NCBI GenBank assembly: GCA_035402825.1
Contig: DAONDZ010000003.1
Coordinates: forward strand, 4,965 to 68,964
Length of the DNA stretch: 64,000 bases
Direction of reading: 5' to 3'
Source of the DNA: a bacterium
Lineage (GTDB): Bacteria; Patescibacteriota; Patescibacteriia; Patescibacteriales; UBA12465
The notes under the pieces were generated by a model. It made no database searches and was not told the origin of the DNA. It was given only the letters and a program-made list of their open reading frames with translations. Below are positions 35,201-43,027 of the stretch, one piece after another. The first letter of the stretch is position 1. Every line of letters starts with the position of its first letter. Both the position numbers and the translations under genes were made by a program.

Positions 35201-36971
35201 CCAAATAAGCCACTTGATTATCAGAACCATTTTTAGTGAAGGCTTTGCAAGTATTCAATACCGGATCGCAGCCATCGGAACCAAAATTCCAAGTCCGTTT
35301 TTCTTCGGTACAATAACCATAGGCCTCGCAAGTGCCATCGCTCTTTTCCTTAATACAACTTTGTTCATCAGCACAATAGCTATCTGCCCGAGTCACAATA
35401 ACCTGAGCCGCTAAAGTAGTGGCGCCGGTAGAAGGATCAGTTTGTTTAGAAATAAAAGTCTTGTCTAAAACTTGGCCGCCGGCACCTTGGCGTTTACAAT
35501 AATTCAAAGGAGCCTTCAAGACCCAATTAGGGTCAACTAAACCTTGGCACCAAGCGCCCGGAACAAAACCCTGGCTAAACTCATTATAATTATCAGCCGG
35601 ATCAAAACAGGAAACCAAATCTAATAATGTGGTCGGCTGATTCAATTCTTCCGCTTTCAATAAAGCAGTCTCCCAACCCACCGGCACGATGCGATATTTT
35701 CTTAAAATAGATAAGGAGCGCAAGGAATAACCTTGGTTAGCGTCAATTTCTCGTCTAAAGCGCCAAGACCCATTCAAATATCCCGCCTTGATACCTTCAA
35801 TTACGGTCTGATTACTTTCAATAGCTTGGCGGAACTGTTCATCAATAACGCAATTAGTCGGACCGACATTAGATTGTCCCGGACAAACGGTTAATTCCGC
35901 TAAAATATCATAATCACCTCGAGTATCGAAGCGAGGTTTTAAAACTTTAGTCAATTGATTTTGCAAAGCCACACTGCTCCGATTAGAAAAAGGATCGTAA
36001 TCGGCATTGACTAAGCCGGAGAAAGTTGAACCGCCGCTCGTACCGCCGTCCTTAGGCTTGTTGCTTCCCAATTTGCCGGTAAGATTATTAAAAGCGGTAA
36101 TGGCTAATTGATTTAAAAACACATTAGCGGCGTCCACTAAGGCATCGCCGGTAAACTTGCCCAAAGATTGCGTCTGTAAATTTTTAGCCTGAGTTAATTG
36201 ATCCTTAGAATTATCTGGTGGCGCTTCTTGTTTACCACCTATATTGCGGACATCCAGCCAACCGCCTTTAGCCGCCACCTCTTTGCCGGTACTATCTTTA
36301 ACATCAGTCTTCACATCATCAATACCACTCATCAAAGATAAAGAAATAGTTAAATCGCTACCGGTGGGGCTGAACTGATCACCTAATTTCTTTAGGAAGT
36401 CGCCGCTGCCCATATCTTTTATCTTATTAATCTGGTCAGACCAAGCTTCTTTCATCCTGCTAAAAGTACAAACCGGCTTACTAGCTCCAGAACCGGGGGC
36501 GGTGAATTGGGTTAGCCCCAAACCGATTCGAGCTTTAACATCCAAATTAGGTTCGCAAAGATTAATATTCAAAGGCTTGCCATCTTTACCGGTAAAAGCC
36601 CAGGTGTTTAAACCGTTAATAAACTCTCCGGCCGCATTATCGGCCAGATCTTTGGCGTATTCCCCCCAGCCTTTAGTGACAAACAATGGTTGTTGGCCTT
36701 TGCCGCCGGAACCGATATAAGTAGCGGAATCAATAGCAAAACGATTTAAGGCATTTTGGACTACCGATCCCAAAGCCTTGGAAGCTACCTTTTTTAAACT
36801 CTTAGTGACAAATTCAGTCAATTTATCCCAAACTAATTTTGGAATATCTTCGACAGGGATAGCTTGAGCCGGCTGCGGCTTCAAAGCTATCATACCAGAA
36901 ACTAAAATAGCTAGTAACAAAATCCCAGTAACCGGTTTCTTGAATGATTTTTGGTAGTTTGGTAGCCGCAT
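29214..36971 (-). CDS. Giant Cys-rich modular surface protein (2,585 aa)
   Basis: An uninterrupted 7.76-kb ORF with an N-terminal signal/anchor (GILLLAILVSGMIAL..AQA) and ~90 Cys by hand count. Four CBM4/9-like jelly-roll openings and a C-terminal PKD-like module (VDWGEG...VRIGVRDNWG). Confidence 0.85.
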   Translation of the reverse strand: MRLPNYQKSFKKPVTGILLLAILVSGMIALKPQPAQAIPVEDIPKLVWDKLTEFVTKSLKKVASKALGSVVQNALNRFAIDSATYIGSGGKGQQPLFVTKGWGEYAKDLADNAAGEFINGLNTWAFTGKDGKPLNINLCEPNLDVKARIGLGLTQFTAPGSGASKPVCTFSRMKEAWSDQINKIKDMGSGDFLKKLGDQFSPTGSDLTISLSLMSGIDDVKTDVKDSTGKEVAAKGGWLDVRNIGGKQEAPPDNSKDQLTQAKNLQTQSLGKFTGDALVDAANVFLNQLAITAFNNLTGKLGSNKPKDGGTSGGSTFSGLVNADYDPFSNRSSVALQNQLTKVLKPRFDTRGDYDILAELTVCPGQSNVGPTNCVIDEQFRQAIESNQTVIEGIKAGYLNGSWRFRREIDANQGYSLRSLSILRKYRIVPVGWETALLKAEELNQPTTLLDLVSCFDPADNYNEFSQGFVPGAWCQGLVDPNWVLKAPLNYCKRQGAGGQVLDKTFISKQTDPSTGATTLAAQVIVTRADSYCADEQSCIKEKSDGTCEAYGYCTEEKRTWNFGSDGCDPVLNTCKAFTKNGSDNQVAYLENTLDYSTCTSDNVGCKPYALTGAYASSTNYLSWNPSQQIYFNSKVETCDASTESCQEFIKVKSNLGHNILINSDFEAGLDRGGWNGAGVSQTPNGYFSNNGLQLNALLSRNISVGPTDYNVAGQAYTFSFYAKNCSAGNQFILGGAGNDTTKPLSTSTDWNYYSSTFIFPDNVNTNQVHIAVDSNTCVVDQMKLELGTAGTSYSDYGTNNLIYQKLIPNYLESFCYVNPFSGTKDFSLKPGAPEICQNFARKCNASEVGCDLFTSSDNFKVAAKAAASDYCAAQCVGYDSYIQKETNFTDKVAANFIPKTATKCSATAVGCSEFTNLDELAQGGEAKEYHVSLRQCIKPDTHQCGVFYSWGNPGSGGYQLVAYTLKAVLDEPYVLSDDSTSCNAAIFNLPPTHPSYNPDCRQFYNKAGEVSYHLYSNTVSCSDNCHPYRLSNSPSDQNCPSGGTWDTNQSACIYQAIPGEGQSCAASENGCREYNGNYGNNVRNISIFSFEGANDGWTGLCQDSSSVDTDALNKNGHSLKYNRGGQSCNFNIMPQISAKVDNKVKVALKNLWNRIAPVAWAQDPLPNYGVAKKIPGLKQGGSYTVKFVAKANQNTILKIKFTNGSEAQALNVTNQNNSDINISGNGQWQFYQANLDNLDHLPTADESIVFSANGNFWFDNLIITEITNRYYLIQDSWQTPDACYYDVFNVYRGANYNLGCASYTDRNSTTHNLRHFSKLCGEQSVGCELLVDTKNSADYQATAFNENTPVNNVCDGTDGADCVSVAADQMIYAIVDPAKSCSNTDKGCSRLGVQKNYNPDVATQNLYSDVYVKNNPDKYYETLCRSGEVGCDLWTSADGQVSYFRDPGENVCEWREPKQATGMNLPKRWYKKPIKRCDMNNDGKISVSQSGIVTESINRLCASNSDCAAGGSVGTCILDENDYLCPVDGLKTIGFGGAGNRVYQPQGMVGTCSAVSSGCSEYIDPSSEFSPNIIVNPNWGDTNKDNIPGDSWATSTIAGTALQTQNIFLQKNKLYSFSVNGSNTKPTVLSCPGQVRILANNNIFGTGQNVVTFTATTTKANLLINSMDNTSCTVGGAGNGKVINIRATQIGYQLSGEVDKETCNGAPSFDSGCIMFNERKVSGFSGLTALNWNAYTNSYNSGSAESCDPNLNNCDSNVLVKVKPDRVCNKWLSCMSKSIDPVTNEETCYALGECDKLSDTGKCENFVNRPAQAHNFASGEDKNTAGYSKLGYYYLANMYEVGGGVTGAWDFETLTNTGVTGLNNSLNKVILDSEDGAILNKNVSYPADGQGFLSASGPVTIDAGFKASPNKDYFLSLMVNSNAAAGGAKVEIGNGVSTSTTVFSENNGWKRQVIKFSFPAISNSNVKFVLSANGGGQAFFDNINMDPVLKVDNNRYLPKSCRLYPKQDSLTCVSKNQNTVSNGLYGYCLEYDSKNPSVCLMWYPIDNVKGQNAGATSGIADTPEYCAIVDASFDFVEYRQGAFVMATNDIHCSNFDNGYNPQFDPNDPVIGFPSAPNPALYPGYKAYNWYSDDSAIAHCRHAIDEPDTNICPSGGVPDYYGRKVTFVVPSGVGKLFSEPSNVINDSVHANGSGTYEINVSQACTACQGSNNCPGSCSNCGTINFSPVTSTENGWYLYDGVPVAGDGEVRIMDRHYTEAECNSMANAQWLTVNGTSQKACLIKMADYKPRCLSTVTASLAWVDRILNATTPATFFQSPFSAYSVDTANNFFGAKYAAATFTTLGSGQSGTPFGCFDDNHKIGNTGISNCRAIVPATSNYSQFGVSLTPSWTGFDNFGNTPSKAMQSLTRIFLKFTWGSTTYDYSQFPIGNENIGPAVPGSTPRIPTCTNNTRVGGAWCGVKPTISNVHLRDSEGNEMVHTSNGYNIKQADFYTLSFNVDVDPEQVPIARLSVDWGEGPNRISVATMVDEKPNPAQTFNFVYFYNPQNTVTGDLKAVRIGVRDNWGFYKCENETSACDSFSLGNSQ

Positions 36972-36993
36972 GTGATTAAAATTATATAGTTTA

Positions 36994-37623
36994 CTATTGA
37001 TTAGAATTGATTGATTCCAAATAGCTCTTCATTAGATCCTCGTCGCTAATCTGATCCAAGGTAGCCTTGTCCATACCGTTGTCTAATAATAACTGGCGCA
37101 AAGAAGCGGCATCACTACCCCCTTCCAACATGGACTCCAAAGAACTGGAATCAGTAGTAGTCGGAGTAGTTTCAATGCCCAAAATATTGCTAATAGTAGA
37201 AGTTGGGGTGCTGGTAGACAAAAGCACTTCATGACAAACCTGACCGGAAGCGCAATTAGGATCAGTGCCATGCAAGATTTCATCCTTATCATTAAATCCA
37301 TCACTGTCGGTATCTTCCAAATAAGGCGAGGTGCTATAAACATTAATTTCTTCATAGTCGCTAATACCATCTTTGTCGGTGTCAGTAGTGTAGTCATTAG
37401 CTGTTGTAGAAGTAGCGGCCGCGTTTTCGGTAGTAGCTAAGCTGCGGCTATAATCAAAAGGAGAATAGATCTGATGGCGGATATTCCAGACGCCAAAAAT
37501 CAGGACAACCAAACTAAAAAAAGCCAAAACCAGAAGAGCTTTTTTCTGATTATGGCTTAAAGGCGCCAAACTATCAGCCGGCGCGCCATTAACTATCTTT
37601 CGCTTGTTAGAAGCGTTCTCCAT
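36994..37623 (-). CDS. Single-pass membrane protein with thrombospondin-type-3-like Ca-binding repeats
   Basis: A TM helix (ALLVLAFFSLVVLIFGVW), then DTDKDGISDYEE and DTDSDGFNDKDE...GTDP, then a Thr/Ser-rich linker. It ends 22 nt upstream of the giant gene. Confidence 0.75.
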   Translation of the reverse strand: MENASNKRKIVNGAPADSLAPLSHNQKKALLVLAFFSLVVLIFGVWNIRHQIYSPFDYSRSLATTENAAATSTTANDYTTDTDKDGISDYEEINVYSTSPYLEDTDSDGFNDKDEILHGTDPNCASGQVCHEVLLSTSTPTSTISNILGIETTPTTTDSSSLESMLEGGSDAASLRQLLLDNGMDKATLDQISDEDLMKSYLESINSNQ

Positions 37624-37632
37624 ATGGCCCTA

Positions 37633-38463
37633 TTATACCATAAAGGGCGAAAGCTTGGCAAATAAGTTCAACCAATCTTTTAGGCTTAATTCTTGAGCTC
37701 TCTGAGTAGGAGACAGGCCGCATTCCTTAATTGATCTTTCTATGATTTCAGCGTCAATTTTCAGCCCGCCCACCAGATTATTTTTAATCATTTTGCGCTT
37801 AGCCGAAAACCCCGTCTTCACTAATCTAAAAAATGGTTTTTCTTGATTTTGGCTTAAATATTCTTGTTTTCTTAAGGTTATCTTCACAATAGCGCTATCC
37901 ACTTTAGGCGCCGGCCAAAAAGAGGCGGCCGGAACGAGATCAATTATTTTGGGGTCTCCGTAGAATTGGACGGAAACAGCCAAGACGCTCATCTGGGGAG
38001 GGGTGGCGCATAATCTTTCGGCGACTTCTTTTTGCAAAAGCAAAACTAAGGAGCTGGGACGATGACCGGAAGACAAAAAAGTGCGCAAAAAAATAGAAGT
38101 AATATTATAAGGCAAGTTGGCGACTATCTGATAATTCGGTTCTTGAATTTGATAGCGTAAAATATCTTGATTGACCAACTCAATATTTTTAATATCAAAA
38201 GAGTCTAATTTTGTTTGCAATACCTTAAATAATTTGTCATCCAACTCGACTGCTATCACCCGCCGAGCTTTTTTAGCCAATTCCACTGTCAAAAAACCCA
38301 AGCCCGGCCCGACCTCTAAAACAACATCGGTCTTTTTGATATCGGCGGCGGCAATTATTTTTTCATAAACCCCCTGGTCAATTAAAAAATTCTGCCCCTT
38401 GGAACGCGAGGGGTGGATATCATAGAGTTTCGCTAATTCTAAAGTAGTAGCTAAAAGATCCAT
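37633..38463 (-). CDS. rsmA: 16S rRNA (adenine1518/1519-N6)-dimethyltransferase
   Basis: SKGQNFLID, the SAM-binding motif VLEVGPGLGFLT and NLPYNI. Confidence 0.92.
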   Translation of the reverse strand: MDLLATTLELAKLYDIHPSRSKGQNFLIDQGVYEKIIAAADIKKTDVVLEVGPGLGFLTVELAKKARRVIAVELDDKLFKVLQTKLDSFDIKNIELVNQDILRYQIQEPNYQIVANLPYNITSIFLRTFLSSGHRPSSLVLLLQKEVAERLCATPPQMSVLAVSVQFYGDPKIIDLVPAASFWPAPKVDSAIVKITLRKQEYLSQNQEKPFFRLVKTGFSAKRKMIKNNLVGGLKIDAEIIERSIKECGLSPTQRAQELSLKDWLNLFAKLSPFMV

Positions 38464-38478
38464 AGAATGAATTAGGGA

Positions 38479-40899
38479 TTAAGCGGATACGACAAAATTC
38501 AATAATTTTCCGGGCACATAAATAGCCTTGATAATCTGATGATCGGCAATCCAATTTTTCACTGTTTCATTTTCTAAAGCAGCTTTCTTCACTTCTTCTT
38601 CTCCTAAACCGTTAGCCACAATGATAGTCGCTCGCAATTTGCCATTAATTTGGACAGCCACATTAACCATGGCGTCCACTATTAGCTCCGGGTTGTATTG
38701 CGGCCAAGCAGCTTGGAAGATACTCTCTGAATTACCGGCCTTTTGCCATAATTCTTCGGCTAAATGCGGGGCAAAAGGAGAAATTATCTGAATGAGAAGC
38801 TGATAGTCAGCTCGATTGAGTTCCGGTTTCTCGCCTTCATAGACAGAATTAATTAGAATCATTAAAGCGGAAACAGCGGTATTGAATTTAAAATCAATAA
38901 TATCTTCACCCACCTTCTTAATAGTCTTATGAAGCAGAGATTTGGTTTCGCTCCTAGTCTCATTATCGGAGAAACTAATATTGTTAACCCGCTCTAAGAA
39001 TTTGCGGGCTCCCACTAGACCGTTAGTACTCCAAGCGCCGGAATCAGAAAATGGGCTCATAAACATTTCATAGACGCGCAAAGCATCAGCGCCGTATTTT
39101 TCCACCATTTCATCAGGATTAACCACATTCCCCCAGCGCTTAGACATCTTGCGGCCGTCTTCTCCAATTACCAATCCCACCGCCTTGAGCTTCAAGAAAG
39201 GTTCTTCATAATTGACAACACCCTGATCGTATAAGAATTTGTGATAAAAACGAGCATAAATTAAGTGGCGAGTGGCGTGTTCGGCACCGCCGACGTAGAA
39301 ATCCACCGGAGACCAATATTTCTCCTTGTCTTTGTCCACTAGCTTCTCTTGATTATGCGGATCAATATAGCGCAAATAATACCAAGAGGACCCCGCCCAC
39401 TGCGGCATAGTATTGGTTTCCCGTTTAGCTAAAGAACCGCAGAGCGGACAAGTGGTATTCACCCAAGAAGCAATGGTGGCCAAAGGAGACTCACCAGTAC
39501 CGGAGGGTTCATAGCTTTCCACTTCCGGCAACAAAACCGGCAGTTGTTCTTCCGGCACCGGCACAGCGCCGCATTTAGCGCAATGGATTATCGGAATTGG
39601 CTCGCCCCAATAGCGCTGGCGGGAAAAAACCCAATCTTTTAACTTATAATTCACCTTTTTGCGTCCCAATTTATTTCTCTCCAACCAATCGGCCATCCTA
39701 ACTCTAGCTTTATCCGAATCAAGACCGGTGAACTCACCGGAGGCTAGCAGATAACCATCGGCGGTCATGGCTTCATTAATTTCACCAATCACTTGCACCT
39801 CAGCCGAACCGGCAATCACCCCTTTGATTGGCAAACTATATTTTTTAGCAAACTCAAAATCTCTTTCATCATGAGCCGGCACCGCCATTACCGCGCCAGT
39901 ACCATAGTTGGCTAAAACATAGTCAGCGATAAAGACCGGCACAGCTTCGCCGGTAAAAGGATTAATGGCTTTTATTCCCTCCAACCTCACGCCAGTTTTA
40001 TCTTTATTCAAATCGGTTCTTTCCAAAACTGTTTTGTTCTTCACTTGCTTTTGATATTCAACCACTGCTTCCCCGTTAGTTATCTGTCCTTTTAATTTTT
40101 CCACTAGCTCGTGCTCCGGAGCTAAAACTACATAGGTGCAGCCAAAAATAGTATCCACCCGGGTGGTGAAGACGGTAATCAGGTGATCATTGTTCTCAAT
40201 TTTGAAATCCATTTCCACTCCTTCGCTGCGGCCAATCCAATTACGTTGCATTTCTTTGATATTCTCCTCCCAATCCGGCAGTTTTTCCAAATCAGCTAAT
40301 AGCCTATCGGCATAATCGGTAATTTTCAAAACCCATTGGCGCATCGGCTTCTGCTCCACTATAGTGCCGCACCGTTCGCAACGGCCGTCTTCTAAATCTT
40401 CATTGGCGAGCCCCGTCTGACAAGACGGGCACCAATTGATCGGCTCAAAAGATTCATAGGCTAAGCCCTTCTTAAACATCTGCAAAAATATCCATTGCGT
40501 CCAACGATAGTATTCCGGAGAGGTGGTATTAATTTCCCGCTCCCAATCGTAATTGAACCCTAAAATACTTAACTGCTGTTTGTATTTAGCCACGTTATTC
40601 GCCGTCGCCACTTTAGGGTGAATTTTATTTTTCAATGCATAGTTCTCCGCCGGCAAGCCAAAAGCGTCAAAGCCCATCGGGTGCAGGACGTTGAACCCAT
40701 TTAAAGCCTTAAAGCGGGCATAAATATCGGTAGCAATATAACCCTTGGGATGGCCAACATGCAGACCTTCACCGGAGGGATAAGGGAACATATCTAAAAT
40801 ATAAAATTTAGGGAGATTTTGGTCTTCTTTGGTGCGATAACTATTATTTTTTTGCCAATATTCGCGCCATTTTACCTCTAAGGATTGATGATCGTACAT
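38479..40899 (-). CDS. leuS: Leucine--tRNA ligase
   Basis: MFPYPSGEGLHVGHPKGY (the HIGH region), KMSKRWGN (KMSKS) and the CP1 editing domain; 806 aa. Confidence 0.95.
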   Translation of the reverse strand: MYDHQSLEVKWREYWQKNNSYRTKEDQNLPKFYILDMFPYPSGEGLHVGHPKGYIATDIYARFKALNGFNVLHPMGFDAFGLPAENYALKNKIHPKVATANNVAKYKQQLSILGFNYDWEREINTTSPEYYRWTQWIFLQMFKKGLAYESFEPINWCPSCQTGLANEDLEDGRCERCGTIVEQKPMRQWVLKITDYADRLLADLEKLPDWEENIKEMQRNWIGRSEGVEMDFKIENNDHLITVFTTRVDTIFGCTYVVLAPEHELVEKLKGQITNGEAVVEYQKQVKNKTVLERTDLNKDKTGVRLEGIKAINPFTGEAVPVFIADYVLANYGTGAVMAVPAHDERDFEFAKKYSLPIKGVIAGSAEVQVIGEINEAMTADGYLLASGEFTGLDSDKARVRMADWLERNKLGRKKVNYKLKDWVFSRQRYWGEPIPIIHCAKCGAVPVPEEQLPVLLPEVESYEPSGTGESPLATIASWVNTTCPLCGSLAKRETNTMPQWAGSSWYYLRYIDPHNQEKLVDKDKEKYWSPVDFYVGGAEHATRHLIYARFYHKFLYDQGVVNYEEPFLKLKAVGLVIGEDGRKMSKRWGNVVNPDEMVEKYGADALRVYEMFMSPFSDSGAWSTNGLVGARKFLERVNNISFSDNETRSETKSLLHKTIKKVGEDIIDFKFNTAVSALMILINSVYEGEKPELNRADYQLLIQIISPFAPHLAEELWQKAGNSESIFQAAWPQYNPELIVDAMVNVAVQINGKLRATIIVANGLGEEEVKKAALENETVKNWIADHQIIKAIYVPGKLLNFVVSA

Positions 40900-40903
40900 A
40901 GTT

Positions 40904-41680
40904 TTAATCTATTTCTAGAACCACTGGCGCATGGTCGGAACCAGTGATTTTATCCAAAATATAGGCCTTTTTTATTAACTTCTTTATTCTATCGGAAACC
41001 ACGAAATAGTCAATCCGCCAACCGATGTTCCGTAATCGAGCCGCGCTGCGGAAACTCCACCAGCTGTATTGAATCTTTTGAGGATTTTTAAACCGAAAAC
41101 TATCCACAAACCCTTGGCTCAAAAATCTGGTCATAAACTCTCTTTCTTCTTTCGTATAGCCGGCATTGCCCTCATTTTGTTTGGGACGAGCCAAATCAAT
41201 CGGTTGGTGCGCCACATTAAAATCTCCGGTGACTATCACCGGTTTTTTCTTGTCCAATTTTTTGATGTATTGCAATAGAGCTTCGTTAAACTCCTGCTTA
41301 TATGATAAACGACTAAGTTCATGATTAGAGTTTGGAAAATAAACATTGCAGAGATAGGCCTTGGGAAGCTCTAAAATTTGGATGCGCCCTTCGGCGTCAA
41401 ACTTTTCTAAACCTATTCCCACTTTGACCTTGTCAGTCTTCAATTTGTCGGAAATTAATAGGGCTGTACCGCTATAGCCTTCTCGCTTGGCACTATGGAA
41501 AAAAACTTGATAGCCGGGAAAGTTAATTTTTTCCGCCGCTAATTTTTTCTCCGAAATCTTAGTCTCTTGTAAACAGACCACCGCCGGTTTTTCTTGAGAC
41601 AACAAAAGCGGCAAAGCGCCTTGACGCAAGTTCGCCCTAATACCATTAACGTTCCAAGAAATTATTTTCATATTATTCAA
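40904..41680 (-). CDS. xth: Exodeoxyribonuclease III
   Basis: MKIISWNVNGIRA, LQETK and GSDHAPV motifs. An alternative start at 41671 would remove the overlap with the upstream gene. Confidence 0.9.
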   Translation of the reverse strand: MNNMKIISWNVNGIRANLRQGALPLLLSQEKPAVVCLQETKISEKKLAAEKINFPGYQVFFHSAKREGYSGTALLISDKLKTDKVKVGIGLEKFDAEGRIQILELPKAYLCNVYFPNSNHELSRLSYKQEFNEALLQYIKKLDKKKPVIVTGDFNVAHQPIDLARPKQNEGNAGYTKEEREFMTRFLSQGFVDSFRFKNPQKIQYSWWSFRSAARLRNIGWRIDYFVVSDRIKKLIKKAYILDKITGSDHAPVVLEID

Positions 41681-42266
41681 TTTTTACCTCTGTACCGACA
41701 GCAGCAAAGTCATAAACTATCTTAGCCGAACCGATTCCCAAACGGACACAGCCGTGAGAAGCCGGCCTGCCCAAACTGGACTCGCCTTCTCTCCGGCCGC
41801 TCGGCCAGAAAGGCAATTCATGAATACCATAAGTGGTGTCTTTGAAACCTAACCAATAGGGCATCCACAATTTATAGCTGGCAGACCAAGCCTTCTGATT
41901 TTTATTCATCACCGCAAAAGTGCCGCGCGGAGTTGGGGTACTGCTTTTGCCGGCCGAAATCGGAAATTTCCCTAATTCTACATTTCCCAAATTATAGGAC
42001 AGCTCTTGCTTAGCCAAATTAATTTTAATTTGTTTGAAAAGCTTCGCTCCAGTGCCTTGCAAAGGATCATAACCATTTTTGACCTCGAGCCCGTCTGGAT
42101 AACCATCTTCGTCCGAGTCTGGATTGTCCTGGTCAGTCTGGAATTTCAGCTCCATTTCATCGCTTAAACCATCGCCATCGCTATCCACGGAAACAGCCGC
42201 AACCATGACCGGTCCAGCCAGCAAGCTAAGCACAAAAACCAGAGAAAAAATAAAACGACGCGGCAT
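41673..42266 (-). CDS. L,D-transpeptidase (YkuD) with N-terminal DxDxDG Ca-binding repeats
   Basis: A signal peptide, DSDGDGLSDEME...DSDEDGYPDGLE, and the catalytic SHGCVRL. Confidence 0.85.
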   Translation of the reverse strand: MPRRFIFSLVFVLSLLAGPVMVAAVSVDSDGDGLSDEMELKFQTDQDNPDSDEDGYPDGLEVKNGYDPLQGTGAKLFKQIKINLAKQELSYNLGNVELGKFPISAGKSSTPTPRGTFAVMNKNQKAWSASYKLWMPYWLGFKDTTYGIHELPFWPSGRREGESSLGRPASHGCVRLGIGSAKIVYDFAAVGTEVKIE

Positions 42267-42295
42267 ATTTTTTATTGGCCTTTTCGGGCGATAAA

Positions 42296-42304
42296 TGATA
42301 TAAT
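42296..42304 (+). promoter_or_regulatory. Extended -10 promoter element upstream of the dsbA-like/por block
   Basis: A perfect TGaTATAAT at 42296-42304, 33 nt before the ATG at 42337. A weak TTGGCC lies 18 nt upstream. Confidence 0.45.
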
Positions 42305-42336
42305 AAAATTATAATTTAATCATCCTGATTTAGCAA

Positions 42337-43026
42337 ATGAACACCACTATGCCCAGACATCGCTGGTACAAATCTTGGTGGGGAATTTTCTTGATTCTAA
42401 CCGCTATTTTAGTGGTTAGCTTTGTATTAGCTTTTGCTTTTTATATCAAAAGCCTGGCCAACAAGATGAATTCGGAAAGAGCTAGCCAATTGTTAAGCGC
42501 TCAGCAAGCCGCTAATCAAAGACTTTTAGACGGCCTTAATCCCTATTACCTAGGAACTTCCACTCCCCAGATAACCATAGTTGAATTCGGCGACTTCGCC
42601 TGTTCTCGTTGTCGGGAATCATTCACTGCCATTCACGACCTAGCCGCTTTGCATCCGGATACGGTAAAAATAATTTGGCGCGACTTTTTGGGCCACGATG
42701 ATTCGTTCGGTCTGGCTCTAGCCGCTCGTTGCGCCGGCGAGCAAGGCAAGTTTTGGGAAATGCATGATGGCTTATTTTTGCATCAAGGCACTTTAAACGA
42801 AGAACGAATATTGGATTTAGCCAAACAATTCGAATTGAACACCACTCAGTTCTCCCAATGCATCAAGGATAATAAATACGCTAGACAGATAGCGAAAGAT
42901 AAATCAGACGGTGAATTACTTAAAGTAGTCGGCACTCCAACCTGGTTTGTTAATAACAGCTATCGTATAGAAACGCCTTTGAGTTTAGAAAATCTACAAA
43001 AAATAATTGAAGAATTAAATAAATAA
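42337..43026 (+). CDS. Membrane-anchored DsbA-family thiol:disulfide oxidoreductase
   Basis: An N-terminal TM helix and a thioredoxin-fold CxxC active site in VEFGDFACSRCRE. Confidence 0.85.
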   Translation: MNTTMPRHRWYKSWWGIFLILTAILVVSFVLAFAFYIKSLANKMNSERASQLLSAQQAANQRLLDGLNPYYLGTSTPQITIVEFGDFACSRCRESFTAIHDLAALHPDTVKIIWRDFLGHDDSFGLALAARCAGEQGKFWEMHDGLFLHQGTLNEERILDLAKQFELNTTQFSQCIKDNKYARQIAKDKSDGELLKVVGTPTWFVNNSYRIETPLSLENLQKIIEELNK

Positions 43027-43027
43027 T

